From positions 46,624,001-46,688,000 of the forward strand of contig OZ024753.1 in the NCBI GenBank assembly GCA_964016885.1: DNA of 64,000 nucleotides, given 5' to 3'. Positions within the stretch are counted from its first letter, which is position 1. Every line of letters begins with the position of its first letter. Of the stretch, positions 15,229 through 28,678 are shown piece by piece. A model generated the notes under the pieces. It had not been told where the DNA came from. It saw only the letters and a program-made list of their open reading frames with translations, and made no database searches. The position numbers were made by a program, and so were the translations under genes. This DNA comes from Eledone cirrhosa. Lineage: Eukaryota.

Positions 15229-15954
15229 TTATATATATATATATATTATATTTACATATAATGATGATGATGATATGCTAATATGTATGTGTGAGGTGGG
15301 GGAGTTAACAAACAAGAAATATTTGAAAAATAAAGGTGTGGAAGAAATTTATAGACAATTCATTCTGTTTTTAACAGGGGGGGGGGGGTCGTGGCTTGTA
15401 CACTTTTTGTGTTTTTGTCTATAAAATATTTTTGTAAAATTCTGTAAAAATCTTAGGATTTTTTTAATTCACAAAAACCATTCTTTCATATATATGTGTA
15501 GGTATGTATCAATGTATGTGTGTCTGTGTGTACCTATGTATGTGTGTATTCATGTATGTACCAATGTATGTGTGTATTTAGTTTTGACCATATGTATGTG
15601 TTTTCCTATATGTATACTACTGTATGTGTGTGTGTCTGTTTTATGTGTGCGTTTGTGAACTTTAATTCAACTTAGATCAATATATTTAATGAGATGGTGA
15701 AGTTATACCTGGTGGCAGTGAAATTTTTGTGTTGTTGGTACTGTGTTATTGTTTTTGTTGTAGTTGTTGTTATGTGTTGTAGTTGTTGTGTTGTAATTGT
15801 AGTTGTTGTTGTGTGTTGGACCTCCATTGGTTCCAACAAGTTTCCATTGCTGGATGAAATTATCTTGCAAGTGGTTAAGCATTTCACAGACATGTGTAAA
15901 CTTAGCATAGTTCTCAGGGAGATTCAGCATAACACAGTGTATAACAAAGCTGCC

Positions 15955-16097
15955 CCTTTGAATTACAACTAATTTTTTCCAGCTGAGTGGATTGGGGCAA
16001 TGTGAAATGAAGTGTCTTGCTGAAGAACATAACATGCCATCAGGAATTGAACTCACAACCTTACAATTGTGAGCTGAATAACCTCACCTTTAAGCCT
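15955..16097 (-). mobile_element. SINE family A-like head and CORE fragment
   Basis: Reverse complement contains ggttgtgagttcaattcc and ttcagcaagacacttcatttcacattgccccaatccactcagctg. Confidence 0.75.
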
Positions 16098-16559
16098 TCA
16101 CTAGTTCTTGTTGTTGTAGCAATTGTTATTATTTTCCTCCACTCCACCCCCTTACTGTTTGATTAAATTAGTTTGAAATGAGTATCCAACAGTGTTTACA
16201 CATATATATATACATATATCAATGGCAGTGCCCCAGCATGGCCTCAGCCTATTGGCTGGAACATGTAATATAATTATATATATAGTATATATATAAAGAG
16301 AGAGAGGTGTGATAGTAGTAGAGATGGTATATAGAAGGTGAGAGAGATGTGTGGTAGTGGTAGAGATGGTATATAGAAGGTGAGAGAGTAACAGTATGCC
16401 AGTGGGTGATAACCTGGCAATATATCCCAGGTAAACAGACCAGGTCAAAGGTTCAATCTTAGCCACAGCAGAAATTTATTTTTTCTTTCATATTGTTTCT
16501 TTCATTAAAACAATATTTTTATTTCCTTTTCCAATTGTTTAATTTCTCCTATTATTATT

Positions 16560-16730
16560 TGTTCCGGCCCTTTACATTCTGAGTTCAAATTTCACCAAGG
16601 TTAGATTTGCTTTTCATCCTGACTGGGTTGATAAAATAAAGTACCAGTAATGCACTGGGGTTGATTTAATCGCCATCCCCACTTCCCTTCAAATTGTTGG
16701 CCTTGTGCCTAAATCAGGAACCATTATGAT
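16560..16730 (+). mobile_element. SINE family B variant
   Basis: ctgagttcaaattt...tttgcttttcatcc...gataaaataaagtaccagtaatgcactggg...ggccttgtgcctaaa. Confidence 0.8.
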
Positions 16731-17975
16731 TATTATTATTGTGTGTGTATGTATAAGTACCAGTTAAATAATGGGACGTCAATTTAATATTCATTTTAAA
16801 CATCTTGTATGTCAATAGAATTCTAATGAATGACTTGACTAAGACTCAACAACATCTACAACAACAACAATTCTAATACACAGACATGATACTCCACCCC
16901 CATCTCTTCTCCCTAATCACTCTACATCTTATCCTCTTTCTAATCTCACACACATAACCACTCCACCACATTCTATCCTCTCACTTTCTCCCAACTCTGA
17001 CCCCCCTAACACCTCCCTTACCCCCACCACCACCACCATTTCATGTAGGGAAGAAATGTTCCCCAAATCTGAGTCATTATTGAGTTGGTCCCTAAAAATA
17101 GATTAAAGAAACCTGTAAAGAAATCGGAATGTTATCTTGGTCATAGAATTTATTGTTTCACACTTTTGCATGTTGCTGGTGCAGCTGCAATATTTCCACC
17201 ACCACCAACACCACCATCATATGCTGTACTTTCTACCCCAACAACAACACCACCATAAGCAGTACCCTCCACCCCAAAACCACAACACGACCACCATCTG
17301 CAATAAAATCTCACCACCATAAGCAGCAGTAGCTGAAATGGAATCTTGAAGAGTGAAATTATGAATTTTACTCAGCCATAGGAAATTATGAGTTTTACTC
17401 AGCCATAGGAAATTCTGCCTCTAACATCACAAATCAAACTTACGAAATCTGAAGAATATTGGGAGTGATGCAAGGACCTACATAGATGCAGTTAAACTCT
17501 CTAATGTCTGCAGAGATATTATACGAAATAAGAGGCATACCAGATCAGAATTGGATCAAATAAAATTATTAAGAACCCCCACAAGAAACAGCCCCTTTAC
17601 CAAAGATAAGGTAATTATTGTAGTTCATAAGTTTCCTCCTGAAGAAGTCAACCAAAATAAGGCACAACAAACCAGCAATAACCAGCCTGAATAATTGGAC
17701 ACTAGGGGGAGCTACATAAACTCAGAAATACATGGAAACGAACATCACAATGAATTTCCTTCAGAGTATTTCACAAAAAACAGCGATGAAATCACGACAG
17801 CAAAAAAAATCCCATGATTGAGGTGGTAAGCAGAGAAAGTCATATACAATATCAACCAAAAATCCAATCCACGAAGTTTAACAAGAAAACCATTGATACA
17901 TATTGAATACTGCAATACAAGAATACCTCAGCGTTGCTGATCAACAAGATATAAATACATTAAACTACATTATAT

Positions 17976-18167
17976 AGGCAGTGGATTGGCAATATCAGTA
18001 GAGGATCGGACACCATGCTTTGACGCATAAAGTTACGGCCCTTGCCATTCTGAGTTCAAATCCCGCCAAGGTTAACTTTGCCTTTCATCCTTATGGGGAC
18101 AATAAAATAAGGTACCAGTAATGCACAGGGTAATTGCTGGCCTTGTGCCAAAAGTAGAAACAATTAT
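17976..18167 (+). mobile_element. SINE family B, full length
   Basis: ggcagtggattggcaatatcagtagaggatcgg...gagttcaaatcccgcc...gtagaaacaattat. Confidence 0.9.
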
Positions 18168-18427
18168 ATATGTAACAAGATTAGCTGTAACTGAAAGCTA
18201 TCCATCCCATTACTATCTTACATATTTTAGACAACTTTCTATGGTTACCCAGATGAACTCATACAGGCAGATTGATGGGTGAATATGTGTATGTATGTAC
18301 GTGTGTAATTATGAATATTTACATGTGTGTGTGTGTGTGTGTGCATGATGGTGTGTATATGTATGCATCTCAATATATGCTAAAGGGTTAAAACTTTCCC
18401 TGGAATTGAAATTATTAATCCTTGGAA

Positions 18428-18510
18428 ATTCTCTGATGAGATGCATGGAAATTAATATGTAGTGATCCAGATTTCATAGGCTATTGTGCCATTGAAACAT
18501 GTGTCAGAAT
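18428..18510 (+). ncRNA. Type I hammerhead ribozyme motif, slightly decayed
   Basis: Stem I ATTCT/AGAAT, CTGATGA at 18433, long imperfect stem II, GAAA at 18494, stem III AC-ATGT-GT, cleavage triplet GTC at 18503-18505. Confidence 0.55.
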
Positions 18511-18599
18511 CTCAAATAATTAACAAATGAATTAATGAACATCAGCATATATGCCTCAATGTTGTTTCTACAGCCCTGTATATATATATACACACACAG

Positions 18600-18632
<33 letters not shown>

Positions 18633-18633
18633 G

Positions 18634-18701
<68 letters not shown>

Positions 18702-18704
18702 GTG

Positions 18705-18755
<51 letters not shown>

Positions 18756-19229
18756 GTGTATATATATATATACACACACACACACTGACACACACACACA
18801 TTGACTATAAGTTGAAACATCACGCTATTGTTAGTCCAGCTTTCACACACACCTACACACCACCAGCATCACTACTGCTGGTCTTTCTCTTAATCAGTGT
18901 TAATTCATTGAGTGTATGTAACCACTAATTAGCTATGTAACACCCACATCCCCACTTCCATTACTACAAGCCATCTCTACTACCACAAAACACACCACTA
19001 TCATAGCCACCACCACCACAATAAACAATTTCTAGTGATGAAGGTAAAAATATGAGGAATAATAGCAGAATTTCAAAGTCACTATATATATATTTCTTTT
19101 TTTTTTATATTTTGTAGGGTTTTTGCTGTCTTTATATTGTTTTATGTAGTTTTGTTGTTGTTCTGTTATCATTTTAATGCTATTACTGTTGTTGATGCTG
19201 TTACTGTTGTTGTTCATGCTGTGATCTCT

Positions 19230-19950
19230 CAGATGACAAGAGCCTTGATTACATGAAGTAGTCTAATTAAATTTATGGTTCATCCAACTACTACTAAAAA
19301 AAGGAAAGGGGCCTAAGGATCTCTCTGGAGGACTCCGATATCAATGGAGAATAGATCTGAGCTTTCCTTGGGTGTCATTACAAGTACTGAAATAATCTCA
19401 TATATGACTTTAATTGCATTCTCAATCTGATGAGGTATCCCATACACAAGAAGAATTTTAAGCATCTTCTTTTAGTCAATCGAATCAAAAGCCTTCTTGA
19501 AGTCTATGGATTGTCCACTTCTACAGAAAATTCAGTGATGCTTATCTCTGGATGGACTTCAACTAAATGGGTTATTACAGATCAACACAAATAAAATATA
19601 ATTTTTCTCTTCAGGATTCAAATTTATGAGCAATTGAGTTGTCAATTGTTCCAGCAATTAGCACCATGCAGTAAAGCTGTTTCTTACTGGATCTCCTATT
19701 TGAGCTCCCCCTACAACCACAGAGGAAGTATGTGCCTGACAATCATGAATGCTGTTTCTCCAAGTCCACAGTTTCCATTCCCATTTCAGGAAAATGGTAT
19801 TGCCAGCTAGGAGGTGTAGAAACTCGTCTGGAAATATGCCATTTCTGTTAGTATTCTGGTGGAATGAAAATTTGCCTCCAATTTGCAGACTGGAGTTTCC
19901 TTGCATGACATATGAGGAAACATCAGAGACAATGACACTCAGTTGATGGT
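19230..19950 (-). mobile_element. Heavily deleted RTE-X-like LINE (endonuclease and RT remnants)
   Basis: Minus-strand fragments VVGG..AQIG, FSFHQNTNRNG, KLWTW, KKAFDSID, VMTPKESSDLFSIDIGVLQRDP*APFLF. Confidence 0.7.
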
Positions 19951-20435
19951 AAAACTGTTGTTGTTGTTGTTGTTTTCAGTGTATTTTTTGTCAATGGAAT
20001 AAAATTCTAAAATACCAGGAATTATCATCAAATTATTTTTAAAACTGGTATTTGAGACATTTGGAGGAGCTGGGCTGCTGACGAGATTCTTGTCATCATT
20101 GGTGGCTTACCTTACAATCATCAGATGAGGCTCTTGAAGGTGCTTGGTTATTCCAGCATCTGTAATGCTGTGTTCTCTTGAGGGGAAACCCTAGCACCCT
20201 TCTGAGATGTAGGATTGAGTGGGCAGGTCTTCTCCTGCTTTTTTCTCCTCTATTTTATATAAATACGTTTAAGTATTTGCGTGTGATTTTCATTGCCAAT
20301 ATTGGCAACATGACCATCCCCAAATATAACAAATTTATATATATTGTATTTATTTCTATACATTCTGTTGAAATAAGCTGTTAATATTTTGTGAAACTCT
20401 CTTAATAATTGCCATTACCATTCTCTATTTTTCAG

Positions 20436-20484
20436 ATGAACCGTCCAATACAAGTCAAACCTGCTGATAGTGAGAGTAGGGCAG
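20436..20484 (+). CDS. CELF4: Internal coding exon of a CELF3-6 (CUGBP Elav-like / bruno-3 / UNC-75) RNA-binding protein; end of RRM1 and the linker
   Basis: Acceptor ccattctctatttttcag, 49 nt encoding MNRPIQVKPADSESRA plus one G, donor gttagt. The peptide matches the CELF3/4/5/6 sequence MNRPIQVKPADSESRG preceding EDRKLFVGML. The paralog number is nominal because invertebrates generally have one CELF3-6 ortholog. Confidence 0.93.
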
Positions 20485-20604
20485 GTTAGTCCGTCTTCAG
20501 TTTACATTTTTCTTCACAGAAAATATAATAATATTGGAAATACATATAGATACCACACAATTCATATTTTACTGACTATATTCATGTATAAAGACCCAAT
20601 AATG

Positions 20605-20702
<98 letters not shown>

Positions 20703-20738
20703 ATGTGAGTGCGTGTTACATCCATTTGTGTTTATTAA

Positions 20739-20959
20739 CCCTGTAGCATTTAAACCAGCCATATCCGGCCAGAATTCTTTCACCTATTTCTGTTCAAACC
20801 AGCCGTAACTGACCCCTCATACTGATGTTAAGGTATTGTTCTCAAAATAAATAATATCAAAATCTCATAGATTCGATACCCTGTGAAATAATTATGTGAG
20901 TTAAATACTTTACCATAAAAATATAATAGTATATTTAGAGTAATGTAAATGCTGAAGGG
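20739..20959. mobile_element. piggyBac-type non-autonomous element (MITE)
   Basis: TTAA at 20735-20738 and 20960-20963 flanking termini CCCTgtagcattta...taaatgctgaAGGG. Confidence 0.8.
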
Positions 20960-21389
20960 TTAATCCATGTTATATGTATTAATCAACTAATATTTGCAGG
21001 ATTAAGCACTCAATATAGTTTACTTTCCAGGTTGTCATATAATCACACAGGTCCATGTACAACAGTGTTTGGTTTAATAATAATAATGAATAAGAAGGCA
21101 GCAGCATGTTGGAATCTTACATCATTTTACTAATTACATCATTGCTGTTGTATGTAGGTCAACGTGGCACTGGAGGAGAAGCAACATCAAAATACTTACC
21201 TGGGACATATCACAGGATAAAAACTTACATACGAGCTGCCTGATGAGGTCATATCTATTGCATAATTGATACCATTAAAATACCACACACACACATATAT
21301 ATGTGTGTATTGTTGAACTTTCTTTCCCTTTTCCATATAAAGCATGAAACTAATAACACTTTTTGTATCTCTGTTTTGTTGTTTCCTTG

Positions 21390-21433
<44 letters not shown>

Positions 21434-21734
21434 CCTTTTACTCTTTTACTGGGTCCAACGACTGGCTGTGGACATACTGGGGCACTGCCATTATCACTAC
21501 ACCTTCTATAACCAGCATTCTGTGGTGGGTCATTGATGTAAGAAAGAGTTTGTCACTGATGTCCTTATTTGTACTTTGTCTTGTACTGTGGTTCAGCTGG
21601 GATCTTGGTTATATATATACACACACATATATATATACACACGCACGTATATATACACACACATATATATATATATACACACACACACATATATATATAC
21701 ACACACACACATATATATATATACACACACATAT

Positions 21735-22046
21735 GGAGGCACATGGCTTAGTGGTTAGAGCATTGGCCTTGCAATCGAAAGGTTGTGAGTTCAATTCTCA
21801 GACCGGGTGATGTGTTGTTTCCTTGAGCAAGACACTTTATTTCACATTGCTCCAGTTTACTCAACTGTAGAATTGAGATGATAGGGAAAGTGGTTGTCGA
21901 GGTGCCACGGCAAAAAAGCACCCAGCACTCACTGTAAATGAGGTTGGTGTTAGGAAGGGCATCCAGCTGTAGAGATCAAGCCAGAATCAGTTCCCGTCCC
22001 ACCCTTGCAAGCAGGGAAAAGCGGATGTAAAATGAAATGATGATGA
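21735..22046 (+). mobile_element. SINE family A copy with an internal deletion of the hairpin segment
   Basis: Near-identical to 13762-14102 but lacks the segment from ctggggtccctatcat to ccactgc. Confidence 0.92.
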
Positions 22047-22089
22047 CACATATATATATACACACACACACATATATACACACACACAC

Positions 22090-22136
<47 letters not shown>

Positions 22137-22264
22137 CACACACACACATACATATACACACACACACACACATATATATATATACACACACATATTAATA
22201 TCCCTTCATTGAACCAGGGAAACAAACACGTGTCAATTGTCTCATTTGATATAAGGTGTCAAGC

Positions 22265-22537
22265 AGTGGTTGTAGTGGTAGTGGTGGTTGTACTAGTGGT
22301 GGTGGTAATGGTGGTAGTGGTGGTGGTGGTAGTAGTGGTGGTGGTAGTAGTGGTGGTGGTGGTAGTGGTAGTGGTGGTGGTAGTAGTGGTGGTGGTAGTA
22401 GTAGTGGTGATAATGGTGATAGTAGTGGTAGTGGTGGTAGTAGTGGTAGTGGTGGTGGTAGTGGTGGTGGTGGTGGTAGTAGTAGTGGTAGTGGTGGTGG
22501 TAGTAGTGGTAGTGGTAGAAGTAGTGGTGGTGGTACT
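22265..22537. repeat. (GGT/AGT)n compound trinucleotide repeat
   Basis: Direct inspection. Confidence 0.95.
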
Positions 22538-22689
22538 AGTGTCATTGGTGGTAAAGGTAGGGGGGGTGTATTGATGGTGAATCAAGCAGTGGTTGTTGTT
22601 GTTGTTACCGTTCATTTTATTCAATATAAATTATTGATTAGGTAATGATGAATCAACCCCCTTTGTGTCTACCATGTATCACTGGTGTG

Positions 22690-23045
22690 TATACACACAC
22701 ATATACACACATGCATATACACACACACACACATATACACACATGCATATACACACACACACACATATACACAGACACACAGACAGTTACAGACACACAC
22801 ACGTACATACACACACACACACTCACATTCACACAGACACACTCACACACACACACAGACGCACACACTCACACTCACACACAGACGCACACACTCACAC
22901 TCACACAGACACACACACTCACACACACACAGACACACTCACACACACACACTCACACACTCACTCACACATATGCACTCACACACTCATACTCACACAC
23001 ACACACACTCACACACATACTCACTGGCACACACACACAGACACA

Positions 23046-23084
<39 letters not shown>

Positions 23085-23235
23085 ACACACACACACTCAC
23101 ACACACACTCACACACACACTCACACACATACACCCTTGCATACACACTTAAACACACCCATTGACATAAACACGCTCGCACATAAACACATATATACAC
23201 ACACATATATTGACACACATACACATAAACATGCA
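22690..23235. repeat. Long degenerate (CA)n / CACT tract
   Basis: Direct inspection. Confidence 0.95.
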
Positions 23236-23656
23236 CTCAATACATCTAAATATGTTTTGTTTCCTGTAAGACAGTATTGTAAGTTGTGAAGGGAGGTGTG
23301 GGGGGAGGCATGTACTGAGAAAGGGTGGAGTGGAAGGTGGGGCAGGTAAAAGGGCCATAAATAGAAAGCTGGGTTGACCCTGCCTTAGTTGAAGAGAGCA
23401 GGTGTAAAGCACCACGCCTTCACCATCACATTCAGTGTGACACTGCTTAACATGTCCACAGATACAGGTGCAACTATCTACACACCTAGCTAGACTAATG
23501 ACTCAATAGATTGATTATATATATATATGTATATACACTGTATATATAGATACACACACAGTATATATATATAGTATATGAGTCTTTAATTTAGTGCATG
23601 TTTAGTATGTTTCATTACACAAATCCATAAAAAAAACGTGCATGTGTGTGTGTATG

Positions 23657-23719
<63 letters not shown>

Positions 23720-24204
23720 ATGTGTGTAGATGTATGTATATAATATAGATTTATTCTCGGTTGGGTGGGCAGATAAGAGGTTATATTGCTGGATATAAGA
23801 AATGGTGGGTGGAGGTCTTTTATGGGTGGCTGAATAGATTATTGTAGCTGTTTAGCTTTAGATCAGCAATTATATCGGGCAAATATATTATCAAAAGGAG
23901 TCCAGTCATGACCATCCCGTTTTGTTTGGTTATACATTTTCTTTTTCTTTTGGATACAGTGTAACTCAGACTTTATTTTCCAATATGTCCTTCCTATATT
24001 TTTCAGTATGATGTGATTTAAACAAGGTTTTTAGTGATATTTCTGTTGAAATATTCAACACCTTGTCCAGTATATATTGAGATTGTGGAGTACTCAGTGT
24101 CATTCTTTGAAATGTGAATCTATTGTTCCACACTTTATATTGTGTTGTGTATTCACTGGAAGCTAGAGATTTTAAGTTACTGTTGCAGTATATATATCTA
24201 TACA

Positions 24205-24251
<47 letters not shown>

Positions 24252-24299
24252 CACAACCATTTTACAGGGTGTACTATGTACATTTTTAATGCATACATC

Positions 24300-24359
<60 letters not shown>

Positions 24360-24454
24360 GTTGCTCTGATGAAATCCTGTAGAGCTTTACTGAAACATTG
24401 TGTCCATGTTGTAAGAATGTGAATAAATTGTCTCTTTTTTGTGGGATACTATGA

Positions 24455-25165
24455 TCACTACCACCAACACCACCACTACCACCAACACCACTACCAACAC
24501 CAGAAAACCCAACATCAACACTACCACCATCGCTACCACCAACACCATCACTACCACCAACACCACTACCAACACCAGAAAACCCAACACCAACACTACC
24601 ACCATCACTACCACCAACACCACTACCAACACCAGAAAACCCAACATCAACACTACCACCATCGCTACCACCAACACCACCACTACCACCAACACCACTA
24701 CCAACACCAGAAAACCCAACATCAACACTACCACCATCGCTACCACCAACACCATCACTACCACCAACATCACTACCAACACCAGAAAACCCAGCATCAA
24801 CACTACCACCATCACTACCACCAACACCACCACTACCACCAACACCACTACCAACACCAGAAAACCCAACATCAACACTACCACCATCGCTACCACCAAC
24901 ACCATCACTACCACCAACACCACTACCAACACCAGAAAACCCAACATCAACACTACCACCATCACCACTACCACCACCAGAAAACCCAACATCACCAGCA
25001 ACATCAACACTACCACCATCACCACTACCACCACCAGAAAACCCAACATCACCAGCAACATCAACACTACCACCATCACCACTACCACCACCAGAAAACC
25101 CAACATCACCAGCAACATCAACACTACCACCATCACCAACACCACCATCACCACCACCACTATCA
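24455..25165. repeat. Higher-order ACC/AAC minisatellite with 75-, 57- and 63-bp units anchored by accagaaaacccaac
   Basis: Repeating TRKPNIN... units visible in ORF 24439..25377. Confidence 0.9.
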
Positions 25166-25439
25166 CAATGTCAACAGAGAAGCTTCCATTGCAGGAAATT
25201 AAAACTTCTTACCAAAATACAGTCAAGTACTTTACTGTCTTTCCCTCTTCCCTGCGTCTCCTCTTCCCCCCTCTCTCTATCTCTCTCTCTCTCTCTCTAC
25301 CCCCATCACCATTACCACCTACCTTCCATTCTACTTCTTATATAATATTTTCTCTAACTTTGCTGGATATATCTTAGGTGAAGGATCAGAGTTACTGACA
25401 TGAGGCCGGGGGGTGGGGGTGCTAGGGGGGGGGGGTTTC

Positions 25440-25628
25440 AGTGCTGGGGGTGGTGGTGTAGTGCTGGTGGTGGGGGTGCAGTGATGGTGGTGGGGGTGCA
25501 GTGATGGTGGTGGGGGTGCAGTGATGGTGGTGGGGGTGCAGTGATGGTGGTGCGTGCGTAGTGCTGGTGGTGTGGACGTAGTGCTGGTGGTGGGGACGTA
25601 GTGCTGGTGGTGGGAGTAAAGTGCTGCA
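25440..25628. repeat. ~20-bp G-rich minisatellite (gtgcagtgatggtggtgggg)
   Basis: Direct inspection, about 9 degenerate units. Confidence 0.85.
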
Positions 25629-25912
25629 TTACCTTAAGATGTAGTTAGTAGTGGTGTAGTGTGGTGGTGGTGGTAGACTGTGGGGGAGGAGGAGGTGATG
25701 TGGACAAGACTTGTCTTCATTTGTTGTATTAAAGCCACAAATCATCACCATGATCATCATCATCACCACCACCACCATCATCACCATCATCATCATCATT
25801 ATCACCATCAACTGCCATATTACAGAGTGGACTGGGTGTATTTTATCATGTCACCCACAGAAGAAAGGTTGTCACAATCTTCTGGATTGAAGAGTCTTCT
25901 TATACCCTACAT

Positions 25913-26023
25913 TGACTGTTATGTTGTGACCCTGTTGTATTACTGGTACTGACTGTTGTGTTGTGACCCTGTTGTATTACTGGTACTGACAGTTGTGTTG
26001 TGACCCTGTTGTATTACTGGTAC
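25913..26023. repeat. 37-bp tandem repeat, 3 copies
   Basis: tgactgttgtgttgtgaccctgttgtattactggtac three times with at most one mismatch each. Confidence 0.92.
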
Positions 26024-27329
26024 TGGCTGTAATAGAATTAAACAAAACCAGAATTATAATTATTCATGACACAGTTTCGGTGGGGGAAAAGTTTGTTTTA
26101 TTATTTCGGAAACGGAGTGTGTTGAGGAGGGGGGGGGGGGGTATTTCTTCTGGGGTTAACTTTGTCTTTCCCCTCTCTAGGGGTCAATATTCTACTAAAC
26201 AGTTGTGGCTGACAAGTTCAATATGAATGACTATTCTTAACTTTCTTACGAATTTCTGGCACTTGGTCAAAGTTAGAAACATTTCTCTGCTTATTTTTTT
26301 ATTTCAATTTAAAATGGAGTTGAGGGGGGGGGGGGTTGTAGTGGTGTAGGTTACAACAAATATCTGTGGTGGTGGGGGGTGACAGTAAAGGGGTTGTTGT
26401 TGTTTTCATGATGGAGGTGGTGGTCTGTAGTGGTGGTGGGTGGTGGTGGTGGTGACAGTAAAGGAGTTGTTATTTTCATGATGGAAGTGGTGGTGTTGAT
26501 GGTACTCGTTGTGGTGGTGGTAATGGTTGTAGTAGTAGTAGTAGTAGTAGTAGTAGTGATGGTGCAAATATAAACATGAGACACCAATGTGATATATGTG
26601 TGTGTTTGTGAGAGAGATAGAGAGAGAAAGAGAGCAAGCGAAAGAGAGAGAGAGAGAGAAGTAGTTGAGAACCTCTAATCATTTGAGACAACAGCTGTCC
26701 AAAGGGTATTTTACTTAACTTACAACAATAATGCCCTTGAGAAAAGCTTTCAACATCTTCACAATCCAATTCCATGACCACCACCACCAACCCCCTCCTG
26801 GCTTTCCTCAGAAATCTGAGGTTTCTTTTCTAACTTAAAGAAATCATTTTTTTGTTTTTGTTCTTATTCATTTTTGTTTTGTTTTTTTTATATTTTGTTG
26901 TTGTCTTTTAATGTTTTGTTGTTGTTTTGTTTTTTTTACCACTGTCTTGGATTACTGAGAAATTCTTCAGTTAGAATCTGAAATGGTAAGGAAAGATATC
27001 TCCAGAACATTGTCTTCTTTCCTTCTCTCCTTTTCTCCACAATCTGCTTCCATTAAAACCAGTAATTAGGATCTCAAAAACAATAGAAGATGGTCCACTG
27101 CCCTAACTTCATGTCCTTAATTGCTCATACTGTCATCATTTTTTAATAGTTGGTCCCTCAATTGGGTCTATATAGGGTAGACCCTTTGAGTCCCATTTAT
27201 TCTCTTCATTCATGATGCTGTGTGTATGCAAGTGAAACTCCAGAATAATAAGACTCATTACTTCACCATGATAAATGAATGTTTAAACTCTACTTCGCTA
27301 TTGAGTACTCTTTTCTCTTGTCTGCCACC

Positions 27330-27376
<47 letters not shown>

Positions 27377-27381
<5 letters not shown>

Positions 27382-27580
27382 AGTAAGTAAGACCCCGACG
27401 GCTGAGCTCAAGCCGTTTCGACGGCTAATTCTGTACTCAATTGAGTACAGAATTAGCCGTCGAAACGGCTTGAGCTCAGCCGTCGGGGTCTTACTTACTC
27501 CTATTACCCACTCTACTACCCTAAGTATTGAGTACTTTGGTGCGTTATGGTCCACCTGGTTCCTTACCACTTTTCCCTCG

Positions 27581-27582
<2 letters not shown>
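27377..27582. mobile_element. Fold-back element in (TA)n: perfect 128-bp palindrome (27377-27504) plus tail; carries the 3' half of a hammerhead
   Basis: Centre ctcaa|ttgag at 27440/27441 with no spacer; GAAA-CGGCT-tgagctc-AGCCG-TC at 27462-27484; tail homologous to 45828-45895. Confidence 0.85.
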
Positions 27583-27618
<36 letters not shown>

Positions 27619-28678
27619 GCAGGGAAAGCAGACATTAAATGTTGATGATGATGATATATGACTTGGTGAGAGGAAGGGCATTTGGGTGTAGGACATTGTC
27701 TCAAAACATCCAGTCCAACTTGAGCCAGCATGGAAAAGTGAATACAAAATTGATGATGAATATCTCTCTATATATGCACTCACCTCTAGGTAAGGCTGTC
27801 ACCTGCTCTCCTTTATCCCTCACCTTTCTATTAACATTATCTACACCTTTATACTGTTAAAGAAATAGTGTTCAACATTAAATGTCTGGTGTCTGTGCAT
27901 ATATATATAACCTATCCCCCTCTCACCTGTTCACCCAGTTTAGTAGTTACTAGTGGCCTATAAGTGTTGTTTAGTTGGTCCTGGGTGGTGGTGGTGGTGG
28001 TGGTGATGTGAATGTTCTGCAATTGTCATTAACCAGATGTCTTTTTCACACTGTCAGCTTACCTACAGCTCAGGAGGGCAGAGAGAAGCTGCTGCTACTA
28101 ATGGTGGTGGTGGTGGTGACCATGGTCATACACAGGCACACATGCACAACACAACATACACATATATAATAAACATGCACACACACACAACAAATGCAAG
28201 CAGCTCACACACAACACACTGTGTGACAAAGTGTACCTTATATATAATCCTCAGTTAAAATCAGAGCGTGTGACAAGGCTGAAATACAGGTACAGTCCAT
28301 CCATTAGGCTTCCACACAGTTTCTGTCTACACAATTTCATAGATTCAGTCGATGCAAGGCTATAGTAAAGATGATTGCCCAAGATAAGGTCAGAGGTTAA
28401 TTGAAGCCCATATCTGCAACTGTAAAGCAAGTTTCTCAACCACACAGCCATGTCGATATGCAGCAACATATTGTGTTTAATCCTGGCATAATTCTAATAT
28501 TTACTGTATTTGGATTAATTATTAACAGAGTATAAGGGTAGTGGATTAACAGAATCGGTAGAGGGTCCGACAAAATGTATGTGTGTGTGTGTAAATATAT
28601 ATATGCAGACATATAAATATATATATATAGTGGTAGAACACTGGAAGGTAATACCCGTAGTGGTAGAGCACTCAGTCC

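Noticed and set aside
26959-26990. Possible microexon ending ATG|gtaagg after a U-rich tract
   Set aside because: The available acceptors give a frameshift or an in-frame TGA in the CELF phase; nothing else supports it.
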